Assembly: GCA_051362555.1 (NCBI GenBank)
Contig: CM120644.1
Coordinates: forward strand, 20,172,534-20,236,533
From: Lingula anatina
Taxonomy: Eukaryota; Animalia; Brachiopoda
Length of the DNA: 64,000 nucleotides
Direction: 5' to 3'
Position numbers and translations under genes: made by a program. The notes below the pieces were generated by a model. That model was not told the DNA's origin. It did not search any database and saw only the letters and a program-made list of their open reading frames with translations. Positions 37,501 through 50,010 of this stretch are shown here, in pieces (the stretch's first letter is position 1; each line of letters begins with the position of its first letter).

Positions 37501-40500
37501 ATTGTGTCAGATTTTTTATATTTACTTTTTAAATGTATTATCAAAACATAAATGATACCGAGCCATGTATTTTAAATGACATGTACATCTCTCAAGATAT
37601 TTAAGATACATAATTATGATCATTGACTAATTCTGAATCATCTTAATATTTGACTCCCAGGTGCTCACTTCATACAAACAATTGCTGTAAAATTTAACAG
37701 TTTGTTCAGGAGCAGTGACAACTATGGTGGAAACAAGGAGGCAGACAACTTACTGCTGATCTTGGCACACTTGTACAACTTCAAGGTAAAACCTACCTGT
37801 GATGTTAACTGACTCTTTGCAAAATGCCAGTTAGATTATAGCATGACTAGTAAAATTTGGTAAAATGTTCAGTTACTGGGCACTGTCTTAATTTTGCTTT
37901 GTGTGGGTGGATTCTAAGACCTTGGTGGCTGGAAGTCACTGTACACTATGAAGCCTTTGGCAAGGATTGTAAAACTGAAACTAGCATGAATAGGCATGAA
38001 TTATCACTCAATGCTACAGTGGGAGCATGTGGGAATCGAGGTTTATTTTTAATAGCAAATTTGTGTTATAATTGTTGAAGTGTTAGGTGTTATTTTTTTC
38101 TGTAAGTTTTTGTAAAACAATTTGCAGACAATCAGATTGGCCAGTAAAGGCTGCAAAGTGCCACTGTTATAACTGTTTTTCCAGTTTGCCTGAGTTATAG
38201 CATTTATCACTGCCCCTTACAATCTGCACACAGAATATCTGTTCTTTATTTTGTTTACTGTGGCATGCTAGACATTTTTAAATGATAAAACATTTAATAG
38301 ACCACAAGTACACAATCAATTAAAAAAAAACAAAGTTTGCACTAGTCACCAATGTATAATGTTGCGCAGCTTTGGGCCTTAAGAACTTTGGAGCTATTTT
38401 ATGGTATTGTTAAACAAGCATAATATTAAGTGACCTCCATATTTTCACAGTAGTTACTGGCTTGATGTGTTCTCTGACCCCAGGTCACTCACTGGGTCCT
38501 CGTAGTGGACGTGATGTCCAGGCTGGCTGACCGCTTCCAGGAGAAGGACATTGAGCTGCTGCTACTGCTGTTGAAAAGTAAGTATCACTGGGGGGTGGGG
38601 TGGGGGGGGGGGGGGGGAGGTGATGGTTAGCTAGGAATAGGTTTCTGCCAAAACACTGAACTTTTATAACTGTAGTTAACGGTAGTTTAAACCAAGAGTT
38701 CTGACTTAGGATCTATTGTTGGGTTAAGATGTTTTTTTCTTTGGTGCACTGACCATGTGTACACTAGTTAGTGTAGAGCTGAGCAGTTTTAAAGAGTGTG
38801 TTAGATCTTTACATAGACTAGTAAAAAGTGAAATTTTCAGGAAATTTCAGCAATTTTCCCTTTAACACCAGCATGTACACTTTCCCCAGACTGATGTGAA
38901 TATTACTATTATATAACATTTGTGATGATTTTCTGAGTATTAACTTCTATCTTCACTTTAAGAGTAATTCAGTACCTTCCCCTAAAATGTTGATGAATTG
39001 AAATGTTAGTGTTACTTTTGTGATTTAGGTAGAAGAGTTGAAAACTCCAGGAGAATTTTTGCTATAAAAGTCTGACGATAATTGTGCATTTTTTAAATCA
39101 GATTCCATTTGTTTTTATAATAATTGTAATCAAACGAAAATTGGCAAAATTAAATTTTGTGATCCAATATTTTCAAGCAAGTAATTATTTTAAATCATTT
39201 AAGGAACAAGTACAAATCAGACTTGAGACCACAATAGAATATATGGGCAGTTTATTTCAGTTTCTTCTCATATATTTAAGATGCTGGCTTCAGTCTGAGG
39301 AAAGATGATCCTGCGGCTCTACGAGAGATTATTGTGAAAATCCAGTCTCAGGCTAGCTCAGTGGACACTGCCCAGTTTGAGGACAGGTAAGGGGTTAGAG
39401 GGTGGTCTCAGGCAAGCTCAGTGGACACTGCCCAGTTTGAGGACAGGTAAGGGGTTAGAGGGTGGTCTCAGGCCAGCTCAGTGGACACTGCCCAGTTTGA
39501 GGACAGGTAAGGGGTTAGAGGGTGGTCTCAGGCCAGCTCAGTGGACACTGCCCAGTTTGAAGATAGGTGAGGGGGGAGATGGTGGTCTCAGGCCAGCTCA
39601 GTGGACACTGCCCAGTTTGAAGATAGGTGAGGGGGAGTGGGGGAGAAGGATTTCAGCACAATCAGCTTGAAGAAAATCAAAACTTTTAGAGCAAACTTTT
39701 TTATTGCAAAATTCTGTCTCCCTGCACAAATAACCAAAGTGAGGAAAGTTTTCATTTAAAAGAAAACATGCCAACAATGAATTTTCCTATTATGATTTCA
39801 TGAAAGGTTATAACTACCAAATGAAACAATTGAACTGTAATGTATGATAATGTCACATTTACCTGGAGGTCCAATAATTGAAGTTATTTCACTAATCAAT
39901 CAATATATTTTTAATTGCAAAGTATTGTATACATTGCAACAAGTGTAAAACTTGATATGTTTACAAGTGTTATTAAACAGTTCACAACATTATCTGTTTT
40001 TTTGTTTTTTTCTGATTTAAAATCATTTGTACCATTTATCAGGAGATATGAAATATAAAAAATCTTGTACAGAAGTAAGAGGTCCTCAACATCCTAGTAA
40101 TATAGTAAGAATATTGGAGGGATATACCTAGCATATACATGATATATGTAATTGCATTATGAAAAAAGTATATAGTATGCGTTGATAAAGGAATAATGGA
40201 ATTGTAGATCAAGTATTGCTGTGTGTAGAATTGACAATGTTCAGCTCAGCAGAAAGCCTGTCCAATCCTGGTCTCAGCTCCACTGACATCATAGTCATCA
40301 CTTTTCTAGTAGCCACCACTTTGGCAACTGAGTAATTAGAGTTTTGGGTTTATATATCAGCAAGTAGATTGCTGTATGGTAAGTTAAGACTTTGTATAAT
40401 TGTGCATAGAAAGACAGCATGTGGAAAAGTAAGTTATTGCCCAGGATGTATACCATCCAGTTACTGCAACAGCTCCAAGTAGTCTGGTATATTCTGTTTT

Positions 40501-43500
40501 TGAGGAGCAATGGCGTTTACGTCATCACAGTAGCTATAATTGTTCTGATACACAGGGTGATCAGGTGGATGCATTACCTCATACTGAGCCTCTCCTGTCT
40601 CGTTATTAACTGGCGTAGGGGGCAGGGTACGGAGCTGTGTATAGATGTGCTGGTGAGAAGCATCATGAGAGACTGGTGGCTCGTATCCAGCTTCACCCCC
40701 TAAATGCTCTGTTCCATTGGCCATGGAAATTGGCATGCTCATCTGGTGACCTTCACCTTTGAGTGGGTCATGTCCTTGACCACCTATTCCCATTTGGCCT
40801 TGACCTATATTAGTCATGGTGTGCTGTTTGTGTCTCATCCAGCAAATGACTACAACTGCCACAATAACGGAGATGATCACAACGCCGATCACCACCACAA
40901 TGGCAACTATTATCACTGTGTTGTCTTGATTTTCCATTGTTGAATTTTGGTCCTTTGCCACTTCCATTGTTGAATTTTTGTCGTTTGCCACTGTAACAGC
41001 TGTTGTAGTTGTAGTTGTTTGATTCATTGTGGCTGCAGGTTTAGATGAGTAGCCACAGTTAGGTGGAGTGCCACACTGAAGACTTTCAGGTAGAACCCTG
41101 TTATCTTTCCCCTGGCTGCAGTAGACTGGGGTTGACGCTGAAATCTGGAGCTTTACTCCTCCGTCTATCATCCACTTGAGATCACAGGTGCATGATAACT
41201 GATTGCCATCCATTTTCACATACTGTAAGTTAGGAAAACCAGCAAGAGTACAAATGTTGAGGGTATCTATATTGTTATATCTGAGGTCCAGGACACGGAA
41301 GATGTTAGGAAGACCCAGAAGTGCGTTGGTTGGAAGAGAGGTCAGCTGGTTGTTTTGGAGTTTCAGCTCCTCCAGGCTCTCCATGTAGCCCTGAAATGTC
41401 ATCGCAGGGAACGTGTTGATTTTGTTGAAGGATAGGTGGAGCTCTGACAGAGCAGCTAGATAACGCACTGCTTCTCCAGGGACTGTAGTCAGATGGTTAT
41501 AGTCCAGGAACAGGTAATCCAACTTGTACTTCAAGACAAAGAAAGCATTTCTGTGGATGTAGCTGATCTGGTTGTGTGTCAGAGACAAGCGGACTATCCG
41601 CTGTGCTGTAGTCAGTTCTTGAAAAGCACCATCTTGTATGGAAGTGATGTTATTGTGAGAAAAGTCGATGAGTTCGTATGTGAGGGATGCTGGGTTTCCT
41701 GAGCTAGGAGGGATGGCTTGAAGTTGCCTGAGAGTGCAGTTGACCGTGTATTTCGGCTCGACTTGCTTTGCCTGCTCGTTTGACGTGCTAGATGATGAGC
41801 AGCTGCAGGTACCAGACCATGGGCATGGTGCTTCAGTTTGGGTTGTCATGGCAACAATTAATAATATCTTCACATAAACTAACATATTTTGTGTTGGTCA
41901 GTGTGTGCTTGATATGAACACGTTTAAATACATCAGCTGGAATTACCTGAAATGGGTGAAAAGTAAGTTAAACAAACCTTTTACAAATCAGCATAATTGT
42001 AAATTAGAAAGCCAAATAATGGCCATGCTATCATTCAGCAAAAATTAAATAGAAGTATCTTACCAAAAGGTTAATTTTGAAGTCACATTCCTGTATTTCA
42101 AAAATTGTGCTAATTTAGATAAGATTTTGACCAAGTAATGTTACCTGTTACACCAGTTGGTCAGTATACAGAGACAGCAGACCTGCATGAATGAACTTTT
42201 TCCCTCCAAAGTGAGACTCTGTTTTGTTTCATATAAATAGTATTTTTCAGTAAATGTTATTATGGTAGTGACTCGATCTTTTCAATGAGGAAAAACTAAC
42301 AATTTTTCATATACATAATTTTAAAATCATTAAAAATATATTTCTTTGTAGCATCTGTAGTGCTTTTTCTGTATACAATAGAACTATAAGGTAGCCTGTT
42401 TATCAGTTTTGTTGCTAACTTTAAGAATTTTTGACTTCAAAAAATACAATATCTGTAAAATTCATAATTTTCCCCATTGAAAAGATCTAAGTCATTACTG
42501 TAGCTGTTGGCATGGTGGTCAAGCAGCCTACTATGAAGGCAGGTTAAAAGTAGTGTGCTGTAAAGTTTTTATTTAGCCATTCATCAACAAACCAGTAAAT
42601 CAGTGAAGTATATAAGGTGTATCACTTACACCAGCTCATGCTATGGTCTGAGGTGGACGGTCAATACACTCCTCTCAGCCTCTTGCTCTTCTTAAAGCTA
42701 CTCTTTAAACTCCTGTGCTGAAGATAGCAGTAGGTACACTATGGACTAAGTCTTACAGTGCAGTGAACATTGGGGTCATCTGTAATTTATGGCTTGTATC
42801 CTGGTTAAGTATGACTATCACCATCTCTCTGCTCTGCAGGATGTGCTGTGACTCAGACCAAAGAAATCTAGGTTACCACAATCATTATAACCAACAAAGG
42901 CTAAGACCATGGAACTACTGTTATGCATTTAAGGTCATTATATCTTCAGGCTTGTGTATTGTATTGCAAGATGTTATTTTGTATAATGGTTTTTAAAAAT
43001 AATTTTTGATGTTTTTTTTGCACTGACTATGATGTCAATTTGTGTCTTTCACATGCTTTAATGTAGCTGTAACAGTCATTTTTTATAGTCTGCAAAATTT
43101 TTTTTTCAGTGTCAGAAGTTTCTTGAAAAAAAAAAAAAGAAAGAAAACTATCACTGTGTCTCTCTTGGTAGTTACCATGACTTATGACGTATATCTGGCA
43201 CTATCTGGCATTCTATTAATGCCAAACCGTACATGTAAAGTTGTTTTACTTTAGATTTTCTTAAAGACTGATATTCAAAAATTTAAAAGACTAAATCCTT
43301 TAAAAATAAGAAAAAATCAGCATGATCAGATTATTTTTATGAATTTTTTTTAACTTTTGGACATTTTAAAATACAGACAGGGTCAGTGTTGATTAAGGCA
43401 GGGTGCCTCATCTGGTGATAAAGGAACCTTCATGTATATTAAGCAGTACTTCAAGTGTATTCTACTGGTTACAGTGCTTATCAGTGTTCATCAGATGTCA

Positions 43501-45114
43501 CTATATGAATTATTAAGCTCATGATTGTAATCTCTATTCATGTACTGCTATGAGGGGGTTACCTTTGTGTCACTTGTGGCTTAGATTGGCTGGACTCAGC
43601 TGTAACAGATTGTCCTATGCACAGGCGCAAAGCACTGTTATGCTGATGCCTATCAAGATTTTCAGTTGGTGATTTAACCAGTTTAAGTGTCATAAAAATT
43701 TTACCATGAAATTTTAGCTGTTTTTCATATCACCATTTCTTAAAGCTTAAATGTAGGTTTGCATATCATTTCTTTACATCTGGTATAGGTCTCTTTGCTG
43801 CCAATGGAGAGAAAAATGTTCTAGTGAAGGTTGAAATTATTACAACCCATCAAAGCAGTTTATTTTAGTAATTTATGAAATATAAAGGTCACTTTTTTAG
43901 ATATCATTAAATATACATGAATAAATTTGTTCTTTTGTTTTCCCTTTTCACATGTGATTTTAAAAATCATAATTACATTGTTATTTCTAGATCCAGAGTT
44001 CAGTTTATGTTGGATGTGCTCCTTGCCATTAAGAACAACAACATGAGAAAGATTCCCAACTATGACCCCAGTCACATGGAGCATATGAAGAAATTACTTA
44101 GGAATTATGTGAGAGGTAGGTCAGGTTTAAACTAAATGCTAAATTATGCCATTAAAAATATAAGCACTTAACACAAACTGCATACACTATTGACAGTAGA
44201 TGATATGGTCCATGTATTTATGCCTATCCCATGTGTTAACTGCAGCTCCTATCCCATGTGTTAACCCCAGCTCCTATCCCATGTGTTAACCCCAGCTCCT
44301 ATCCCATGTGCTAATTCCAGCTCCTATCCCATCAGTTAAGTCCAGCTCCTATCCTATGCTTAACTACAGCTCCTATCCCATGCATTAAGTCCAGCTCCTA
44401 GCCCATGTGTAAAGTTTGACTCCTATCCCATGTGTTATGTTTGGCTCCTATGCCATGTGTTAACTCCAGATCCTATCCCATGTGTTATGTTTGGTTCCTA
44501 TCCCATGTGTTAAATCCAGCTCCTGTCATACATGCTATGTTTGGCTCCTAATCCATGCTGTCTTCTCCAGGCACAGCAGACACCCAGCTCAGGATATCTC
44601 TACAGGATCTGCTAGATGCTGAGGAACACGGACGATGGTGGATTGTAGGCTCAGCTTGGAGTGGGAAGCAGATGGAACAGCAAGAAGCTGGTGAGTACAG
44701 AGGGAGGGCAGTGGAATGGCAGTTGTAATGTTGTTTCAGTTGTAATGAGACAGTGAGACAATGATAATAATGAACACATTGATAAATTGATTAATCACAT
44801 TCATTGGTATATAAGAGATACATAATAGTAACTAGATTTCTTCCATATACATTTGAATAAAATTTGAAATTTAAAACTTGAAACCGTTAATGAGAAGGTC
44901 CTGGAGACAATTTTTACCAGTGGGGAGAGATGTTAATAGATTGGAAGGGTTAGACTTTATAAAAAGCTTTTTCTCTCTCTCTTTTTCTTTCTCCACTAAA
45001 TTATGTTGAACAAGGTTCATATGTGATAAAATTGGAAATTAAAAAAATAAAATAAAACAGCATAATAAAAATTTCAAATTGAAATTTAATGATAATCAAA
45101 TGAAATAAGGTATT

Positions 45115-45164
<50 letters not shown>

Positions 45165-47895
45165 TAAATAACAAGGAAATATATAGGATTTTTGTAAAGA
45201 GAAATTATTACGTTGTTTGATGATTTGCTTGTAAATGGCTTCAGTGGAATTGTTTTGTAGCTCCAACAAAAATGGATTCCAGTGTTCTAAGTGATGTCAG
45301 CAATGAATATATTCTAGAGCTGGCTAGAAAACAAAGAATGAATACAGATGTGAGGAAAAACATCTTCTGTATTATCATGACAAGTGAGGTAAGGTTCTTT
45401 TCACTCATGGGATTAAATAACTAATATAACAGATAGGAAGCTAACCAGGTTTGGGGGGGGGGGGGGGGGGGAGAGGGGGGCTGTATGGTCTCTAAGCATT
45501 TGGAGTCTGCCAGTGCCTCTAACTTTTACTGAACCACATGCAGCCATATGCCTTTACAAGATAATAATGATGAAGGTAATGATAATAATGATAAAAGATA
45601 AACATTTTGTATTTGTTATTATCTGTTAATTTATATTTGATAATGTATATACTTTTGAAATTTATTTTATAATTGCAGGATTTTGTTGATGCATTTGAGA
45701 AGCTCCTTCAGTTAGGACTGAAGCACCAGCAAGAGCGTGAGATTATCCATGTGATTCTGGACTGCTGTGTGCAGGAGAGAGTCCACAATGCCTTCTACTC
45801 CTACCTGCTGCAGAAGTTCTGTGAATATGACAGGAGATTTGAGGTAAGCAGTGTTTTTTTGTGAATATGACAGGAGATTTGAGGTAAGCATTGACAACAC
45901 TTTCTACTCCTATCTGCTGCAGAATTTCTGTGAATATGACAGGAGAGTGATTCACCATTTTAGCTGTTGTATTTACTTATTATATCTGTACATTTTTTAT
46001 CAGATTCATCTGATGTAAATATTACTGGGTAAATTATAATTATAAATAATTATTTTTTTATTTATAATTACAACATGAAGTAATTTATCCAATTTTTTTG
46101 ACAAATTTGATTTGCAATTCAAATCTTATTACGACAGACCTCATAACCAAAGTCATATAGCTGTGTGGTGGCATATTTCAGATGACCCTGCAGTTCAGTT
46201 TATGGGACAAGTTCAAGACAATGTCAAGTGTCACCCAGACAGCAGCTACCAACCTGGCAGCCATGATTGCTCATCTCCTGGCAACCAAAGCCTTGTCCTT
46301 GTCTATATTCAAGGTAGGGTCTTTACATTATTTGGTATGATTATAATTGACTATTTCATTTATTTTTCCATTCATTTATTTTCATTTCTTCATTTTTATG
46401 ACATTTGGGGAGAGGGGTTTCACTTTGGCATTCTGTTGCTGTTGATTCAGCAAATAGATAATTCCTCTCAAAATCAGGGATGACTTGGTAGAAAATAATA
46501 AAAAGATGATAAATATAACAGATGTATTGTATGAATCCCTGTCTATGCCAGTGCTGTCAATTGTTGTTCACCTTATCACTGCTAATCGGTGCTCTTTGTT
46601 TTAATGAAAATGTACCAATATGTGTTGTTTAGGAAAATGCTGTTTTTTTTTAGAAAATCCACTAATGAGATTATTTTTTGTGAAAGTTATTGCATTTTTT
46701 GTTTTTCTTACGTGTATTTTGGAGTCATTCACCCCATTGGTGAGAAAAGGTGTTTTTGATTTGCTACAAATTTGCTAACAAGCTTTAATTGATAAAATTG
46801 GATTATTTTTTATAAAAGTTACTCTTTTGCCTTTTTATGAATCATATATTCGGTGGCTTCCCACCCATTAGTGCCAGGCGATATAATAATTTTAATTGAA
46901 CATCAGATTTAATAGAGCTGAAAATGTACCATAATGTAGGATTTAGATAGAGAACTTGTGAAGTTAGGTTGGAAGGAAGCAGTTACATCTTGGAAGGTAG
47001 AGGCAGTTCATGAGGTCAAGTGGCTGGAAACTTGACACAGCTGTTTTTTTCAATGTTTACTGGAATTTACCTGTTCATATTAAGATGCCACAATGGGAGT
47101 AACTTTTGTCTTAGTGTCAGTATACTTGCCTGTTTTCCTGGCTAGCTTTCATTTTTGTTATGGTAGAATGCTTGTCTGTCATATTTAGAAAATATATTCA
47201 AAGGAAATGATTTTCAAGGGGAATGAATTGTATTCATAATATTCAAAACAAATGATATTTAAGATATTCAAAGGGGATGATAATTGTACTCAGGCATGCT
47301 GATTTTTTTCTTGATTTCTAATGACTTCAAAAAATTATATATACTTACAAATGCACCAGAATGGAAATGAATTTTAACAGCTTGAACAAGAAATTGCATT
47401 GATCCTGAAATGACCTCATAAGGTCAAAGTAAAATTTTTTCAGTGACGATTCTTATCAAATATAATATATATTTCAGTTTTACAATCTAGTAAGACATCA
47501 CCCTGCTCAAGTAATAACAAACAGCAGAATGTTTTGTCAGTGTTTTTTAAAAAGTTTTTTTTTTATCTGAAACATTGGAGAAGATTTCATGAAATTCACT
47601 TTCTCTCTTTCAGGTTGTGGAGTTTTCCGAGTTGGACAAAAGTATGGTCAAGTTTCTGAAAGATGTTCTTGTTGGTCTGCTGACGCTCTATGATGAAACC
47701 ATTGTGAAAGAAACATTTTTACGAATTGCGCCTTTTCCTAAGCTACACATGCTTCGTGAAGGATTGAAACTGTTTTTAGATCACTTCATTCTTAGGAAAA
47801 TGAATAAAGAACTTTTAAACAAGGATGACCTTGAGGTCAAGGTCAGTATTGCTAAAAGGGCACTTAGTGCTGGTGAAAGTTCATTGAAGTTGTAA
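32822..47895 (+). CDS. NOM1: Nucleolar MIF4G domain-containing protein 1 (NOM1/Sgd1), ~921 aa
   Basis: Sixteen phase-consistent exons: 32822-32948, 33417-33502, 34132-34263, 34656-34797, 35354-35467, 36133-36820, 37262-37461, 37661-37785, 38484-38577, 39281-39386, 43991-44115, 44571-44690, 45261-45388, 45679-45843, 46182-46313, 47614-47895 (2766 nt). Motifs are DGLGYIL, EDIYGR, YVPP, LKGLVNRVSESN, GFSLRKDDP, GRWWIVGSAW, RKQRMNTDVRK, EDFVDAFEKLL and QFSLWDKF. Confidence 0.96.
34531..34600. repeat. (TAA)n switching to (TTA)n, a palindromic microsatellite
   Basis: TAATAA...TAATTATTATT... Confidence 0.9.
34798..35353 (+). other. U12-type (minor spliceosome) GT-AG intron of NOM1
   Basis: 5' site GTATCCTTT (34798-34806), branch TTCCTTGAC (35333-35341) and CAG ending at 35353, with no polypyrimidine tract. 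Splicing restores DGLG-Y-ILDVV. Confidence 0.92.
34975..35128. mobile_element. Short MITE inside the U12 intron
   Basis: Inverted termini CAGGGCTCCGTATCTCGAAAG and CTTTCGAGATACAGGGCCCTG. Confidence 0.75.
39345..39636 (+). repeat. 60-bp tandem repeat (~5 copies) spanning the NOM1 exon-10 3' end and donor site
   Basis: Unit GTCTCAGGCCAGCTCAGTGGACACTGCCCAGTTTGAGGACAG|GTAAGGGGTTAGAGGGTG. Donors fall at 39387, 39447, 39507, 39567 and 39627. Confidence 0.95.
40461..41885 (-). CDS. Leucine-rich-repeat type I transmembrane protein (474 aa), nested antisense in NOM1 intron 10
   Basis: Intact ORF with signal peptide, LRRNT (CPWSGTCSC...VNC), ~6-7 LRRs (LxLxxNxI/L), LRRCT (GNQLSCTCDLKWM), Thr-rich stalk, TM segment VIIVAIVVVIGVVIISVIVAVVVICWM and a Tyr-motif tail. 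Acceptor at 41948/41947, upstream of the ATG. Candidate AATAAA (minus) at 39705-39700. Confidence 0.92.
   Translation of the reverse strand: MLVYVKILLIVAMTTQTEAPCPWSGTCSCSSSSTSNEQAKQVEPKYTVNCTLRQLQAIPPSSGNPASLTYELIDFSHNNITSIQDGAFQELTTAQRIVRLSLTHNQISYIHRNAFFVLKYKLDYLFLDYNHLTTVPGEAVRYLAALSELHLSFNKINTFPAMTFQGYMESLEELKLQNNQLTSLPTNALLGLPNIFRVLDLRYNNIDTLNICTLAGFPNLQYVKMDGNQLSCTCDLKWMIDGGVKLQISASTPVYCSQGKDNRVLPESLQCGTPPNCGYSSKPAATMNQTTTTTTAVTVANDKNSTMEVAKDQNSTMENQDNTVIIVAIVVVIGVVIISVIVAVVVICWMRHKQHTMTNIGQGQMGIGGQGHDPLKGEGHQMSMPISMANGTEHLGGEAGYEPPVSHDASHQHIYTQLRTLPPTPVNNETGEAQYEVMHPPDHPVYQNNYSYCDDVNAIAPQKQNIPDYLELLQ
44221..44570. repeat. 25-bp minisatellite (~14 copies) filling most of NOM1 intron 11
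   Basis: Unit CTCCTATCCCATGTGTTAACCCCAG. The last degenerate unit ends at the real acceptor. Confidence 0.9.
45119..45162. repeat. (AC)n microsatellite
   Basis: Read directly from the sequence. Confidence 0.95.
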
Positions 47896-48818
47896 TTTTC
47901 AGAAGATATTTGTATTGACATTTAGACTGCAGATTTATACCTTTCAACTTAAAAAATGTTAATTACACAGACTTTTAAAACAAATGCAGAAATGCAGCAT
48001 TGAAGAATGGCTTCAAAACTGCAGCTTTGGCCAGGTATTCTCCTTTCTTTAGATCATATTTATTTTAAAGTTTTATCAGCGTTGGAAGAGGCGATTAGTA
48101 TACATTGAAGTAGCAGAGTAGTGTTTCTGTTGTTGACAACAGGAAAACAAAGTTAGTGAGACTTCTGAAATTAAGTGGTACAGACAATTGTATAAAGTAA
48201 ACTTGAGGCTTTGTACAATAGAAGACAAAGTACATGTAAATGCTGGCTAGTTTTCATGCAGATGTGAGAAATGTGCCTTTTTTCCTGCTCAGTTCACAGT
48301 TAACATGTAGGTCTAAAATACAGCAGATCCCACTTACTATTACTTCATATCTGAAAAAAAAAGACATTTTATTTTGCTCCATTAAAAATGGCAAACCATT
48401 CTTTTGGATTTTTAATGAATTGACAGTAATTTCTTACATGAGCAGAGAGTGAGGTGAGCTGTTGGCACTGGAAGAGAGGTGCAGGGTACACGTGTTTCCT
48501 AAACTATCTGGGAGGAAACTTCATTAAATACTGTGTATACTACATGTACACCATGAAGGAGCCATGAAGCTGACGGTACTTAGCTTTGTGTTGTCATGTA
48601 CCCAGTATAAGTCAACCCAGTCATCACCCGTCAAATAAACCTCATTCTTATGTGTGTTGTACTTGATATGACCAGGGAATTTATATCCGATATAATTCCC
48701 TGATATGACTCAATCGTTCATAGCATACAGTACAGAAATATTTTATTATGGAGACATTTTGTTATTGAGACCGGAATGTATTGTTGTTGTGTAGAATGAT
48801 TTATTCTATTGTAATATG

Positions 48819-48824
48819 AATAAA
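48819..48824 (+). terminator. Candidate NOM1 polyadenylation signal
   Basis: AATAAA ~0.9 kb after the stop codon. An alternative AATAAA lies at 48634. Confidence 0.4.
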
Positions 48825-49138
48825 CATTGGCAAACAGTCTGTTTATACTTATATCATCATTACTACAAAACATGCATCATTCAACAGTAAAAAAAACCAC
48901 TGGTCCTCTTGCTCTGCTTTAAAAAAATGAAATTTGATAAACAACCTTTGAAGACCTAGTGCTATATTAAATGTTGATGATATAACAAACGTACATGTAG
49001 GAACCGTGTAGCTGTACTAGCACGTACAGTACCATGATCAGTAAGCAAGCACTCATTTAACCACTACTTCCATAATCGTTGTGTGAAGTTGATCTACTGA
49101 GTGGAATAAGTATTTCTGCTGTTGACTGAATTTCACAC

Positions 49139-49970
49139 GTTATATTTAAACCATTTCAAGGCCAAATGTCTTTGAAATACGTCATTAACAGGGTATTTCC
49201 ATCTGTCTCTCAGCTAATATGTTGAACACATAATGGAAGAGCGTGGATCTTTCTAAGTAATTTATTCGTCTGCCCGGCTGCTCCTGTTTATAAAAGAAGT
49301 GATTCTTTCGATTTTTTTAAATGTCTTTGCTACACGTACTTTACTCTTATATACCTTTACCTCTTTTTCAACCCCTTATTTTCGCTATTCTATCTGCCAC
49401 TGTGAAGAAATTTCAAGTGAACAATCTTTGTTCATAACAAAATGTGCCACAGGCTGCTGTGTCTCGTTTATGACGCTGTCTCAACCATGATTGTGACGGC
49501 CTCCACAAAAATCACTCAATTCTGTTAGTGAAGACAACGTGAGACGGGGCTGGGGGAGTAAAGATGTTCTTAAAGTAAAAACTCATGGGTAGTGTTGCAA
49601 GCTATTTAAGTGTAAAAGTTAATGTCGTGAATCGAACATAATCTACGCGGTATATGAAAAGAAAATGTGATAAAACAGCCGTCGACAAAATAACCAGTAG
49701 AGTGTACTGTGTGTGAGATATATGTAGGGTGTATGAAATATTTGTATAGAAAAATTAAATTTCACTCGGATACTGATGTTCTTACAGAAATGATGTTATG
49801 TATACATGTAAGTCATGAGCGGTGATGACATGCTATTTAAACTGAGCGGTAGATAAAAAAGATATAGTGTTATAATGGACTCAAGCAAACTGTAACTGTA
49901 CCTGGGTCGTGGATTGGTCGGTGCTTGGCCCGGTGGGGCTAAGTGTCAGCTAAAATTGTGTTACGGCGTG

Positions 49971-50010
<40 letters not shown>

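Noticed and set aside
40461-40660. Canonical ITIM/ITAM in the LRR receptor tail
   Set aside because: HIYTQL and PDYLEL lack the hydrophobic residue at -2, and the tyrosine spacing does not fit an ITAM.
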